A DNA stretch of 64,000 nt from Octopus sinensis. Its lineage: Eukaryota. The notes beneath the pieces were generated by a model, which saw only the letters and a list, made by a program, of their open reading frames with translations, was not told where the DNA came from and made no database searches. How positions within the stretch are numbered: position 1 is the first letter of the stretch; the number at the start of each line of letters is the position of its first letter. Made by a program: the position numbers and the translations under genes. The stretch lies in NCBI RefSeq assembly GCF_006345805.1, contig NC_042998.1:95604001-95668000 (forward strand), given 5' to 3'. Shown here piece by piece: positions 52,170 through 64,000 of this stretch.

Positions 52170-52657
52170 TATCTCGAGTTGCACATGAGAAAGTAAAGTG
52201 GGATGTCAGGAAGGGCATCGCTGTTACACTTCCAGATGGGAAGGTTCTTCCTATGATGTTGACATGCAGTGTCTGTGCAAGACTCTGCCTCAGTAAAGCT
52301 GGACTCAAGAGTCATCTTCGTAGTCATAAAGCGAGACAAATGAGTGACAACCTGGCCGCTGTTGATGGTGTTACACACCATACTAATCGTATCTGTCAGG
52401 CATGTGGAAGAGAGTGTAATTCGGCAGGAGGACTTAAACGATATGCAAAGGTACATGAAGCTCAGTTACAACTACAGCCGGCTATTACCGGTAAAGGTTT
52501 TAGCTGCCAATTCTGTACAAGACATTGTAGATCTTTAGCTGGGCTAAAAAGTCACATTCGACCACAGCACCAATAACAGTTGAGCTTCGTGCAATGGCCA
52601 TACTCGATAACGATGGGGCAGCCATCATGTATGTTTATATGTATGTATGTATGTATG
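52170..52657 (+). pseudogene. Probable RTE-type LINE 3' end encoding three C2H2-like zinc fingers
   Basis: CSVCARLCLSKAGLKSHLRSH, CQACGRECNSAGGLKRYAKVH, CQFCTRHCRSLAGLKSHIRPQH; no TGEKP linkers; (TATG)n tail. Confidence 0.55.
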
Positions 52658-53338
52658 TTACTTAATCACTTGCGACAGCCCAGGAACATTCACATCCTAT
52701 GCAGAAGACAGAAAAGGCAATATGATGCATGTGATGTACGTTGTTTTGGTGCCTTTATAAAGTCAGTCTTGATCGATCAAATGTATTCACTTTTTTATAT
52801 ATGTATCCTGTTTATATGTCCATTAAATTAAAGTCTACCTTGTCCAAAGTCAGTAGGGCATGATTAGAGGGAGATTTGGTTGCTCTGTCGTGAGAGGCAC
52901 AGTTTTTTTTTTATTGTAGGAAGCATTAATCAACCGTTACCGTCTTTTCTATATATGTACGGAAACACCCAAACATTTAAGTGCGTTTACATCACAGAAC
53001 ATTTTCAAACAGGAAATAATGACTGTCATTCAATCGGCTCACCTAACGACTAACAAAAGTGTCAATGATCAAATTAGTGCTCCTCACCCGACTCAGTGTA
53101 TACCCAGTGTATACCCAATACATATAATCACTACTGTAGTTAGGAGAGGCGAAATGGGCGGTCCGCCCTTGGCGGCACTTTTAAAGGGGTGCCGCTTTTG
53201 GGTTTGTTGCAGGCAATATATGTTTTTTTGTGTGGTCCGAGGGCAGTAAACAGAGAGGCTACCCCAGGTGGTACAGCATCTAGTCACGCTAGGGCATTTA
53301 GTGGTATCTATATATATATAAATGAGAAATAACTGAGA

Positions 53339-53381
<43 letters not shown>

Positions 53382-53464
53382 TGCCTGGGTATCTGTATGT
53401 GTGCATCGCTAAAACATGAGAACTAACCAACCGATTTCATTCACCTTTTACACATACACTACTT

Positions 53465-53850
53465 AGGGTACATGGAGTGTCATGGACCAAAATCAATTTT
53501 CAACTTCTTGACTAATGCGAGCCCGGAGCAATCTCTTATCTCTAACACTGTTTCCGTATCACGTGTCAAAAGTGAAACAATAACATCTCTATTGCAACGT
53601 GAGATAATAGTTTCAGTTTTATTAGTTGCACTATTAATGCTTTCAAACTGTATATAATAGATACATAGTGAAACTATTAAAAGTGAAACTGATAGAATAA
53701 GTACTAGGCTTACAAAGAATACATACTGGGATTGATTTCTTCGACTAAAGGCGGTGCTCCAGCATGGCCGCAGTCACATCATCGAAACAAGTAAAACAAT
53801 AAAAAAAACAATGCTATTTTAATCCGAACAACGCCGGGTATCTCTGCTAG
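53465..53850 (+). mobile_element. Helitron-like remnant interrupted by a SINE tail
   Basis: 3' end CCGAACAACGCCGGGTATCTCTGCTAGT; body shared in reverse with 48630-48735. Confidence 0.45.
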
Positions 53851-54397
53851 TGTGATAAAGCTGGGGTAAAATCTAGTAAAATTAGGTATATTGCTCGACA
53901 GCCCACGCATCTTGATCGACTTAGTCCGCCAGTTTCGCTATTCCCCGTTCTACCTGCCTTCTTGTCTGCCTGTCTGTCTGTCTGTCTCTTACTATTACAC
54001 ATGCACGCATGCACGCGCCCAAACATATTGGTTCCAAATTTTGACACAAGGCAGTAAAAATTCGGGGGAGCGGGTATGTCGATTACATCGATATCAGTGC
54101 TTAAACGTTACTTATTTCATCGACCCCGAAAGGATTAAAGGCAAATTCTTCAGACAAAGAATCAAAAAGGAGATATCTTGCATGTTTTCTCTATGTACTC
54201 CTATTAACAAATGAAATGCGTGTTTTGGTGAATAACTAATACTCTAAAATATTCTCATCTCCCGTTTGATATTATCACTCGGTAGAAAATATTTTCCAGC
54301 TTTTTCAACTCTTAAGCATGCGTCACACAAACGGATTTGGAATACTAAGAAGACAAATTTTAGCCATATCTACATTATTAATATGATTAACAAACCA

Positions 54398-54470
54398 GCT
54401 GAAATAGTTCAGTTGGGAAAGTGTTAGACTGAAGATCTAAAGGTCCCTGGTTCAATCCTGGATTTCGGCA
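54398..54470 (+). pseudogene. tRNA-Phe(GAA) pseudogene
   Basis: 73 nt, GCTGAAATAGTTCAGTTGGGAAAGTGTTAGACTGAAGATCTAAAGG...TTTCGGCA; mismatches in the D and T stems. Confidence 0.85.
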
Positions 54471-54826
54471 TCCGGTGGCTCGTCTGCTTTTTATTAACTC
54501 ATAGGCACAGGAGTGGCTGTGTGATAAGTAGCTTCCTTAGCAACCAAATGGTTCCGGGTTCAGTCCCACTGCGTGGAACCTTGGTCAAGTGTCTTCTACT
54601 ATTGCCGAGGCAATAGTAATATACATATACGACAGGCTTCTTTCAGTTTCCGTCTACCAAATCCGCTCACAAGGATTTGGTCGGCCCGAGGCAATAGTAG
54701 AATACACTTGACCAAGGTTCCATGCAGTGGGACTGAACCCTAAAACCATGTGGTTGGTAAGGAAGCTACTTATCACACAGCCACTCCTGCGACTATGAGT
54801 TAATAAAAAGCAGACGAGCCATCGCA

Positions 54827-54899
54827 TGCCGAAACCCAGGATTGAACCAGGGACCTTTAGATGTTCAGTCTAACGCTTTCCCAACTGAACTATTTCGGC
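54827..54899 (-). pseudogene. tRNA-Phe(GAA) pseudogene, inverted copy
   Basis: GCCGAAATAGTTCAGTTGGGAAAGCGTTAGACTGAACATCTAAAGG...TTTCGGCA; position 37 is C; D-stem mismatch. Confidence 0.85.
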
Positions 54900-54951
54900 T
54901 GGTTTGTTAATCATATTAATAATGTAGATATGGCTAAAATTTGTCTTCTTA

Positions 54952-55017
<66 letters not shown>

Positions 55018-55409
55018 ATAGGCGGTGCTCCAGCATGGCCGCAGTCAAATGACTGAAACGAATAAAAGAAAAGTATAAATATTGGGTTGGTGCATAATAA
55101 TTGCGGCTTTTTTTCAACAAATTTTATACAACAAAAACAATAACAATACTTAACAAAAACACCTTTTCTGGTTTCAGCTAAAGGTTGAGGCCATGCTGGG
55201 GTACTGCCTTTCATTGTGATTGGGTTTCTTTTCCCTATTGTTTCCGGTGAAGCAGCGAATTGGAGAGAGCTGCTCTTCTCTGTGCCTCCTGCTGCGTCAT
55301 GAGTTAATCTTGTATTTTATATAACAGTTTGACCAAACGCTTTTTGAAGACCTCTACAGCTACACCTCACAAACCTCTGAGGCTGTTTGGCATTATACAC
55401 ACACACACA

Positions 55410-55500
<91 letters not shown>

Positions 55501-55810
55501 GTATATAATATAAAAGATATGAAGGGTTTGTTTCACTTGTGATCTTAATGCGTAGGTACGCTGGATAAGTGCTATTGTTGGGCGACCATTAGGCTCCAAG
55601 ATCATAGCTAAGACTGAATCTAGGAATCCATGTTAGGGATCTGAGTTAGGGTTCTGTTATAGCGTGTATATATTATATTCGATAAAAAATCAAAACCAAG
55701 GCAGAACGAGTATCTCAAGTCACTTAGAATAATTTAATTACTCTTTATATACACAAGGTGATTATAATGAACACTGCAAACTTCGTGTGTGTGTCTGTGG
55801 GTGAATAAAT

Positions 55811-55883
<73 letters not shown>

Positions 55884-55914
55884 CTGTATATCTCTCTCTA
55901 TATATACATATATA

Positions 55915-56040
55915 TAGCTGTGTACCAAGAGGTCTCGTAGGTTATAGGCTCGTTTGAAGGAGGGGAGGGGTCGGTTAGGGAAGAGGTGTGAAGTGGACGG
56001 GTCGGACTGGAGATGCCGGAAAGCTCGAAGAATGTATATG
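55915..56040 (-). pseudogene. Penelope-like ORF fragment
   Basis: HLFPNRPLPSFKRAYNLRDLLVHS matches the PLE RT-to-endonuclease linker motif. Confidence 0.7.
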
Positions 56041-56290
56041 TATGTATGTATATATTGGTAGAAATGGTAAGACAACAAAAGAATGAAAGAGACCTCTGTA
56101 TTATGTAAGTAGAGGAATTTATCTGTAAATATAATGTGACAATTATTCGTAAGTCATGATAAAACTCCGAGTTTCAGTGTTTTATCATGGCTACCGAATA
56201 ATTGTCACGTATTAAATTTACAGATATATTTACATATATATATATTATATATATATATATATATATACACACACAGATATATACAGATAT

Positions 56291-56406
<116 letters not shown>

Positions 56407-57664
56407 TTATTTATTTATATATATGTGTCTGTAGGTATGTATATGTCTGTCTATCAATTTATTCACACCCTCAGACACATACACGATGTTTGCAGTGTTC
56501 ATTATAATCACCTTGTGTATATAAAGAGTAAGAGGGAGAGGCAAAGAAGTGAGAAAAAGGAGTGACCGACGTGAGCAGTTACAGGTATTAGACGTAAATA
56601 GTTCAACCAGGTATGTCATGACGTCATTGTGAATATCTTCCTGCTGCCTACTACCGCCACGTCTTACTTAGCTTTCCGCCACCACTTCCTTTTCCTTCCA
56701 CTTCTGCCATTGTTATACTATATTTTCTAAGGTAGGTCGTACCACTTAGTTTAGAAAGGAGTGGAGGGGTAGGATGAGGGGTAAAATATTAAAAGAACGT
56801 GACGTGGATCAGGAATATATTATTTTCTTCTGATTTGTGACTTTTTTTTTTTTTTTTTCAACTTATGAAGGTGCAAATTATTTCACAACCTGTGATATAC
56901 ATTCATAGCCAATGATGTCTGCTTTACATATTTTCCGCCGAGACTATTGTGCGAAATAAATAAATAAATAAATAAATAAAATAAAAGAAGAAAATTAAAT
57001 AAGTAAATAAATAAATAAGATGTCAAAATTAAAAAAATCAACCCCCCAAAAAACGCATTGAATAACTCATTATGCAGTAATTTTAAATGTCTTTTTTTCT
57101 CAAGCATCATGTGTGTGCGCATGCTTGCGTATGTATGTGTGTGTCTGTGTCTTCACGCTTCTAACTGTTCTATGTGTAATATGTGAGCGTGTTTACTGGT
57201 TCTTTTCTTTTTTTATCTGATATTGTGCATGGCATTGGCATTCTTCAACATGTTTTCACTGATTAATATAAACAAGTAAGCACATGCATAATTTATTATG
57301 GTAATTTGTAATCTCTTTCTAAATAAATACATACACACACACATACACAAACATTATTCAAATTTATATTTATTAGGGTTATTCAAGGATTATGTTTGAA
57401 TAGATTGCGAATTAAGTGTCGAGATCAGATGAACATAATAAAAATACAAGAGAACAAAAGCAAGCATGTTCATACTGAATTCCAGTCTGCATCTACCTGT
57501 GAACAGGTTTGTTCGCTATTTATAATTTCAGCAAGGACGTCTATTATTTTATTCTCGAATAGAACAACCTACGTTTATGCCCACATACTTTTATTTCAGT
57601 CGCAATATCTGCTTTTCGTCTACGAATGCGATTGTAGTATGTTTCGTTGACGAGTATTAGGATA

Positions 57665-58858
57665 CAAAGTGGTGTTAAAAGTTCCCGGACTAGTTCTGTA
57701 GTGCGCCAACAGATGGCAGCACGCGGTCGCATGCGCAGTGAGTACAAGCAGTGACCTTCATGAGGCAGTGTGCCGAGTGACATCACTGAGTTTACTTCGC
57801 AAGTGATGAAATTTACGTTTTCGTGATTACGTGTACGCAATAAACTGTGATTTTTTCGTGGACAGCAACAAAGAGCCCAACTTGTGAAAGTGTCTTCTAT
57901 TATAACCACGGGTCGGTCGATGACTTGTGAATGAATTTAGTAGACGGAAACTGTATGGAAGCCCGCTATACATATATACATGAGCGTCGTTATGTGTGTC
58001 CCTCATCACCGATTGACAACCAGTGTTGGCTTATTTACATCCTCGTACGCTAGCAAAAGAGACCGATAGAATAAGTACCAGACTTAATTTTTTAAAAAGC
58101 ATTAAATACTGGGTTGATTCAACTAAATTCTTTAAGGCGGTGCCCCAGCATGGTCGCAGTCCAGTGACTGAAACAAACCATGATAAAAGAAAACAATTGG
58201 CTGACTTCATTCGAAGAACACTGTACGAGGTCTCTGCTACAGAGACATTGAGCATGCTTCGACAGTCTTACGCAATGTTTCGAGTGACACGGCACTTCAA
58301 AAGTGAAGGAACATCCCTCGAAGACAAGGAACGATCAGGAAGACATACCATGGGCATCACCTTCGGAAATGTAATATTGTGCATCGAGAATTTGCGCCCC
58401 CACCCCAGGGCCAGACTGTCAATCGAGAGTTATACTGCGACTTTTTGAAGCGTTTGGGGGAGGGCATTCGTCGAAAACGACCGGATCTGTGGAGAGAGAA
58501 GAATTAGATTCTTCACGAGGACAATGCACCCTGTCACCAAGCTCTCCTCACTCGGGTTTCTCGCCAAAAAATAGCATGGCTTCATTTCCGCACCTGCCCT
58601 ATTCGCCAGATTTAGCACATGGGGACTCCCATCTCTTCTCGAAGATGAAAAGGCAGAAAACCGTTGTCAAGATCCAGAGCGAATCGCAGAAGGTCCTCGA
58701 CTCTCTTACGGAAAACGACTTCCAGGCCGGACTCCAAAAATGGTAGGGACGCTGGGGCCAGTGTACTGCTGCGCAAGGAAGATGATGTTAAAACTTAGAT
58801 AAATAAGTTATTTTTTTATTAAATATAACTAATCCTGGAACTTTTTGATACCACCTCG
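57665..58858 (+). mobile_element. Decayed mariner element with TIRs
   Basis: TA|CAAAGTGGTGTTAAAAGTTCCCGGACTAG vs CTAATCCTGGAACTTTTTGATACCACCTCG|TA; peptides ATETLSMLRQ, LEDKERSGR, ILHEDNAP, YSPDLAHGDSHLFSKMK. Confidence 0.85.
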
Positions 58859-59204
58859 TACAATGTTCTTCGAATGAAGTCAGCCAATTGTTTTCTTTTA
58901 TTATGGCTTGTTTCAGTCACTTGACTGCGACCATGCTGGGGCACTGCCTTAAAGAATTTTTGTTGAATCACCCCAGTATTTAATGCTTTTTAAAAAATTA
59001 AGTTTGGCACTTATTCTATCGGTCTCTTTTGCTAGCGTACGAGGATGTAAATAAGCCAACACCGGTTGTCAATCAGTGATGAGGGACAAACATAACGACG
59101 CTCATGTATATACGTATGGCGGGCTTCCACACAGTTTCCGTCTACTAAATTCATTCACAAGTCATCGACCGACCCGTGGTTATAATAGAAGACACTTGCA
59201 CAAG
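57881..59204. repeat. Inverted duplication, arms 57881-58231 and 58853-59204
   Basis: SINE-A plus unique flank plus the tip of the mariner TIR, copied in reverse into the mariner. Confidence 0.9.
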
Positions 59205-61358
59205 ATGCCATGCAGCTGGACTAACCTCGAAACCACGTGGCTGTAAAGCGAGTTCCCTATCCTAATAACCGAATCTTTTGTTATCGTTTCCTTTATTAAT
59301 TTTTCACAGAGTCTTGACAGCCTATTACAATTCCTAAGTTCAGTAGAATCAATGAATCAACGAAGAAACCTCAACGCAGTCGCTCGATCTGTTAAAAAGA
59401 GCAACGAGAACACATAGACACAAATGCCCAAATGAAAAAAGCAAAAACAAAAAAAAAAAAGAAAGAAAGAAACAGAAAAAAATTACAAAATACTGTACAG
59501 AATACAAAAAGGAATTCATAGAATTTATTGAAAATTTTACCTTGCAATAAATTTGTAGTTATAATCCCCAGAAAAAAAAACAACATACAAGTCTAGGATA
59601 CGGAGGATACAATTTCAACCTATGTGGGTTTTATTCAACTTCAATGCAGTCAATGCGCATGTCACAATTCAAATGAACACAACTCATCTTGACCTCTGCT
59701 GTCATCAGTATTTCTTCCTCAACTGGAACCTCTGTTCACTACTAAATGAAAACACTTTAATCCGCGTAATTCAATTGTAGGGCATCTCCTGTCTCACGAA
59801 ACCTCTAATACTTTGAGATTAAGTGATTAGAGCCCATCACTTCTATGCTTGACATCAAATATTCTTTGCTTTCAAGCTAAACTGGGGTTGTATCTGAGTG
59901 ACCGATATGTCTCTTCAATACCTAACACAACTATAAGCTACGACCCCCAAATACACATGTGATTCCCTCTCAGCTACATTTCAATTGTACAGGTGAAAAA
60001 TATTACCTGAAATACTTGGAGGAAATTACCCATCAACAAATCCAATAAAAGGGGTGTTCAACCGGAACATTGATCCAGGTTCCGTTTGGGCCATAAGGGA
60101 ATCTGTAAACGTCTCACAACCTCCTTCTTCAAAACGAAAACTCTCTTCCACCGTCATCATTGTATCATTTTACAATCCAGTTCATTTTTCGCTTTTTGCC
60201 AAGACCCGTCGATTTTTTTTTTCTGGGAAAGGAAAATATCATTTCATCTTTTGAAGGGCTGAGTGATGATAGCTATGGACAGGATGTCCGATTTAACGCA
60301 TTGTTTCGGTCCCTATAAGCTTGATTCAAATTTACATCAAACGAACATTGAAAGTTGTCTGAATTTTGTCCTGTTTAAGGTCTCAAGTACATTAATTTTT
60401 ATATTTTTGAGACCAAAAGCTTTGTGTGCAAATAATCCTTCGAAATAAAAAGCTTTAAGTTTATTCATTGCATTTAATAATTCATTTTTATTTCATTTCA
60501 AAGTAAGAAGAAAGATATGTCGACACACTAGAATTATAATGTAAACAGGCGAGATTCAAAACATCCACAATTTTCATTGTTTAAATCACAAAATAAAAAG
60601 AAAAAACAGAAAGAAATCTTACGCACAATGCAGAGTGAAATAAATTTAGACATTATTAAGTCCCACTGGGTTAAATAACAATAAGAATTAAGCATTAATA
60701 ACAGCGAAAAGCACAAATATGCGCATTTGGTTTTGGCACAAGCCTAATTTATAAGCAGCTGGTCTATTGATTTGGGAAGGAAGATAGGAACATCTTCTCT
60801 GAGGAGCCGCTAGTAAATCGTGAAACACTCACTCAGGTGTCCTCCCTTTTTTTCTGTACTGAAAGTACATACTTGTTGATTTCACGGTAAGGCGTTATAA
60901 TATTCAAATGTACTTTTTAAAAAATATCAAATTATGCATATAATTTCGAGTTTTAATATATTTTCTTTTATCAATTTCTAAAAAGATATGTCTCTTTGGC
61001 TGCATAAAAAAATGAGATATTTTCAACGAAAGAAGAGTGATATTAGGCGTTAACAAATCTTAAGTGTGGATTAGTGAAACAAGTGGGTGATATAATGAGT
61101 CACTCCTTGGATTTACATAATATATAAATAGTTAGTCACTCCTTGAATTTACAATTGTGTTCGCTGTTATCACAACTCGAGAAATTTTCTTTACCTAATT
61201 AAAATACAGACTTGTAGTAAACACCAACAGGTAGGGCTTTTTCATACATTTTAGATACCCCGCACGATACGATCGAATGTAGGTGGTTATTACTGCTACA
61301 ATTAACATAAAGAAATTACTTTTTGGTTACTTTTATGAATAAACTGATCTAATATTTA

Positions 61359-61470
61359 AGCCATAACACGTTGAAAGCACCGGTCCTCATCCGATCACCG
61401 AAGTTAAGCAACGTCGAGCCTAGTTAGTACTTAGATGGGTGACTGCTTGGGAAACCTAGGTGCTGTAAGC
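61359..61470 (+). pseudogene. 5S rRNA-derived copy, 5'-truncated
   Basis: AGCCATAACACGTTGAAAGCACCGGTCCTCATCCGATCACCGAAGTTAAGCAACGTCG...GTGCTGTAAGC; solitary; no oligo-T terminator. Confidence 0.85.
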
Positions 61471-62339
61471 GTCACACATTTACAAATGGCGGTGCCCCAG
61501 CATGGCCACAGCTCGTGAATTGAAACTAGATGAAATATAAAAAAAGACAACCTAGTCTACGACAGGCTCGGTTCAGTATGCTATATCTAAGAAAATATAC
61601 AAAACATTTTCTCAGTAATGTCTCTTGGTTGATGTTATTTCAGTAGGCTTCCGCCTTTTCTATTTTTACTGAATTAAAGAAATGTTTCATCGCCATTAAT
61701 ATTGATAGAGGACTTAGTTTCTTACTAAATTAATGCCAAAAATTCAGTTACATTTCTTTCTGAAGACTCTCCAGGATCCTCTATTTTGGAAGAATTAGAT
61801 GAAATTCTTTTAAAACCTCTATTTGTGATCCTCTAAAAAAGGAGCTAATATACTCATAAATGTACCCAACAAAGATATATCTTCCGCACTCTCTTTCTCC
61901 CTCCTCCTCTTTCCCTCTTCATTGTCATGCCTACAGCAATCAGATACCTTCAAAATTTACAAAAGCTTCATCTGATGTTTGGCCAACAAATGAAAAATGG
62001 CAAAAATTGAGAAAGGAACAATAGCTACAAGAAATTCTATACTACCCTTGAGAGAGCTTCAAAGACGTCTTTCATCTGAAAAAAATGCTAACTTTTGATT
62101 CGATGTAGAGACAGTTGAATGGTGTTACGCTTTGATGTGAATGGTTGATTTTGTTCTTTTGTTGCGGAAGGGAACATATGGTAAGTGATTCATCACATCG
62201 AAATTGCAATCTAAACAACCTTCTTATGTCTGCTAGAACTGCTATCAAGAAGAGATCTTAATTTCCAAGAGATGGGAGGAATGCCTTTACTATCTACCCT
62301 CCGATTCAAGAATTGAGATATCTTTTCTCATTTTTTTAT

Positions 62340-62750
62340 TGCCCACAAGGGCCTAAACATAGAGGGGACAAACAAGGACAGACAAAGGGATTAAGTCGAT
62401 TACATCGACCCCAGTGCGTAACTGGTACTTAATTTATCGACCCCGAAAGGATGAAAGGTAAAGTCGACCTCGGCGGAATTTGAACTCAGAACCTAACGGC
62501 AGATGAAATACCTATTTCCTAATTCTTTACTACCCACAAGGGGCAACACATAGAGTGGACAAACAAGGACAGACAAACGGAGTAAGTCGATTACATCGAC
62601 CCCAGTGCTTAACTGGTACTTAATTTATCGACCCCGAAAGGATGAAAGGTAAAGTCGACCTCGGCGGAATTTGAACTCAGAACATAACGGCAGACGAAAT
62701 ACGGCTACGCATTTCGCCCGGCGTGCAAACGATTCTGCCAGCTCGCCGCC
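62340..62750 (-). mobile_element. Tandem SINE family C, well conserved
   Basis: Two bodies and one head GGCGGCGAGCTGGCAGAATCG. Confidence 0.9.
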
Positions 62751-62984
62751 TTAATATATCTTTTCTCAGAATATGCTTAGTGATGCAACATATTTTGCTG
62801 GAATGGAAGTCTACAAAATATTTCTCAGATTCCTCTTACGCTGAAAAAAATAACATTTCTCATAAGGGATGTTAATTCAAAGGACGTACAAATTTGATTT
62901 CTTAAGTCTGTAACTTGCAGCAACAAATTAAGAAAAGATATTGTCCAGTTTACGAGGGCATGGCTTCTTTTTCAGAAGTTCACT

Positions 62985-63330
62985 TTGCAAGCACGTGGTT
63001 TCAAGCTCAGTTCTTCTTTGCTGCACCTTGGGTATATATCTTCTTCTATAGCTCCGGGCCGACCAATGCCTTGTGAGTGGGTTTAGCAGACGGAAACTGT
63101 GCGGAAGCCAGTCATATATGCCAGGTTTTGTGTATGTGTTTGTGTTTGCGTTTTGATCCTCTTATCGCTTCACAGCCGGCGCTGGTTTGTTTACGTTCCT
63201 GTAACTTAGACGTTGGGCAAAACAGACTGATAGAATAATTACCAGACCTCAAATTAAATCCTCGATTTGTTCGACTAAAAGCCCTAGTATGATCGTATTC
63301 CAATGGCTGAAGCAAGTAAAAGATAAAAGA
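62985..63330 (+). mobile_element. SINE family A, diverged
   Basis: Family motifs recognisable. Confidence 0.7.
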
Positions 63331-63349
63331 TAGACACCTTGAAAAAGTA

Positions 63350-64000
63350 TGCCATTTCTTTGAGCGGCTGCAACGAGACCAACACAGCAGCAGTGCCCCT
63401 AACGAAAATATTTGAGTTGTGTCCAATAGAAATCCATTTTTTTTCTCTGTGGCTACCTTACGTTTAATCTGCGTGAAAATGACGCAGCTAAGTTCGTAAT
63501 GGCAGTCATGACATGTTTTGAAAGAATGCAAATGGTTTACAACTTGTGAAATTTCAGCCGTACGTGATGAAAATTACTAAAATTTGCATAATTCCTTATA
63601 TGGCATGTCAGTCACCAAGTTGTCTGACAGATTTGAAGATATTAAACCTGTTGCTTCTCACTGACAGAATTCGTTGGCATTGCATAAATAACAGCCAAAA
63701 CAAAGAATGAAGTGAACGGAGTGTTAGCATACCTAAAACATTTTGTTCGTGGATATTAGTTTTCGGCTTTTTGTTATAAAGTAATGGCTCTAGAAATATT
63801 TGCAACAAGTTTATTGAAGTCAGAGATGACGCAATAGATGTGTGGACGAATGTAACACAGAAACACTCCTCGAATATTTGATCTTGAAGCTATGATACAA
63901 CTGAAACGCATATGACATGAAGCCAAAGTGGTAGTCAGAGCTAGAGGTGGAAATCAAACACTCAACGTTTGAAAGTAAGCTAGAAGAAAGCGAAAGAGTT
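63350..64000 (+). pseudogene. hAT transposase remnant
   Basis: LCGYLTFNLRENDAA, SLYGMSVTKLSDR, TAKTKNEVNGVLAYLK, ICNKFIEVRD, EAKVV...RRKRK; many stops; runs off the window. Confidence 0.65.

Larger units (their letters stand above)
54342..54955. repeat. Inverted duplication, arms 54342-54610 and 54690-54955
   Basis: Each arm holds unique flank, tRNA-Phe and a SINE-A head. Confidence 0.9.

Noticed and set aside
52052-52576. Canonical octopus C2H2-ZNF host gene
   Set aside because: No TGEKP linkers, the start lies in a (GGT)n microsatellite, and a retroposon-like tail follows.
54398-54899. Functional tRNA-Phe genes
   Set aside because: D-stem mismatch in both, T-stem mismatch in copy 1 and C37 in copy 2, so treated as pseudogenes.
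60030-60222. Minus-strand exon after TTTTCCTTTCCCAG
   Set aside because: Early stops in all three frames and no recognisable product.

Overview
AT-rich, microsatellite-laden, repeat-dominated eukaryotic DNA. The tRNA-derived SINE families look like those of octopus (coleoid cephalopod); the species cannot be confirmed here. I found no intact host protein-coding gene, and most ORF-track entries are translated microsatellites. Recognisable content: dozens of tRNA-derived SINEs; decayed DNA transposons (pogo/Passer-like DD35D, two mariners, a DUF4817-type Tc1/mariner, a hAT transposase remnant, an internally deleted GERFHQDI-family element, Helitron-like elements, and hAT-, piggyBac- and Merlin-like MITEs); LINE remnants (CR1/L2-like, R4-like, RTE-like with three C2H2 fingers); Penelope-like element (PLE) remnants; two tRNA-Phe pseudogenes in an inverted duplication; and a 5S rRNA copy. 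The most notable signal is about 13 hammerhead-ribozyme-like motifs from several unrelated short elements, many flanked by (TA)n and often with inverted terminal copies. They include one with a fully canonical core (7164-7246) and a tRNA-headed SINE whose tail carries a hammerhead-like motif. All structures were read by eye; no folding, alignment or database search was run, and element boundaries are approximate.
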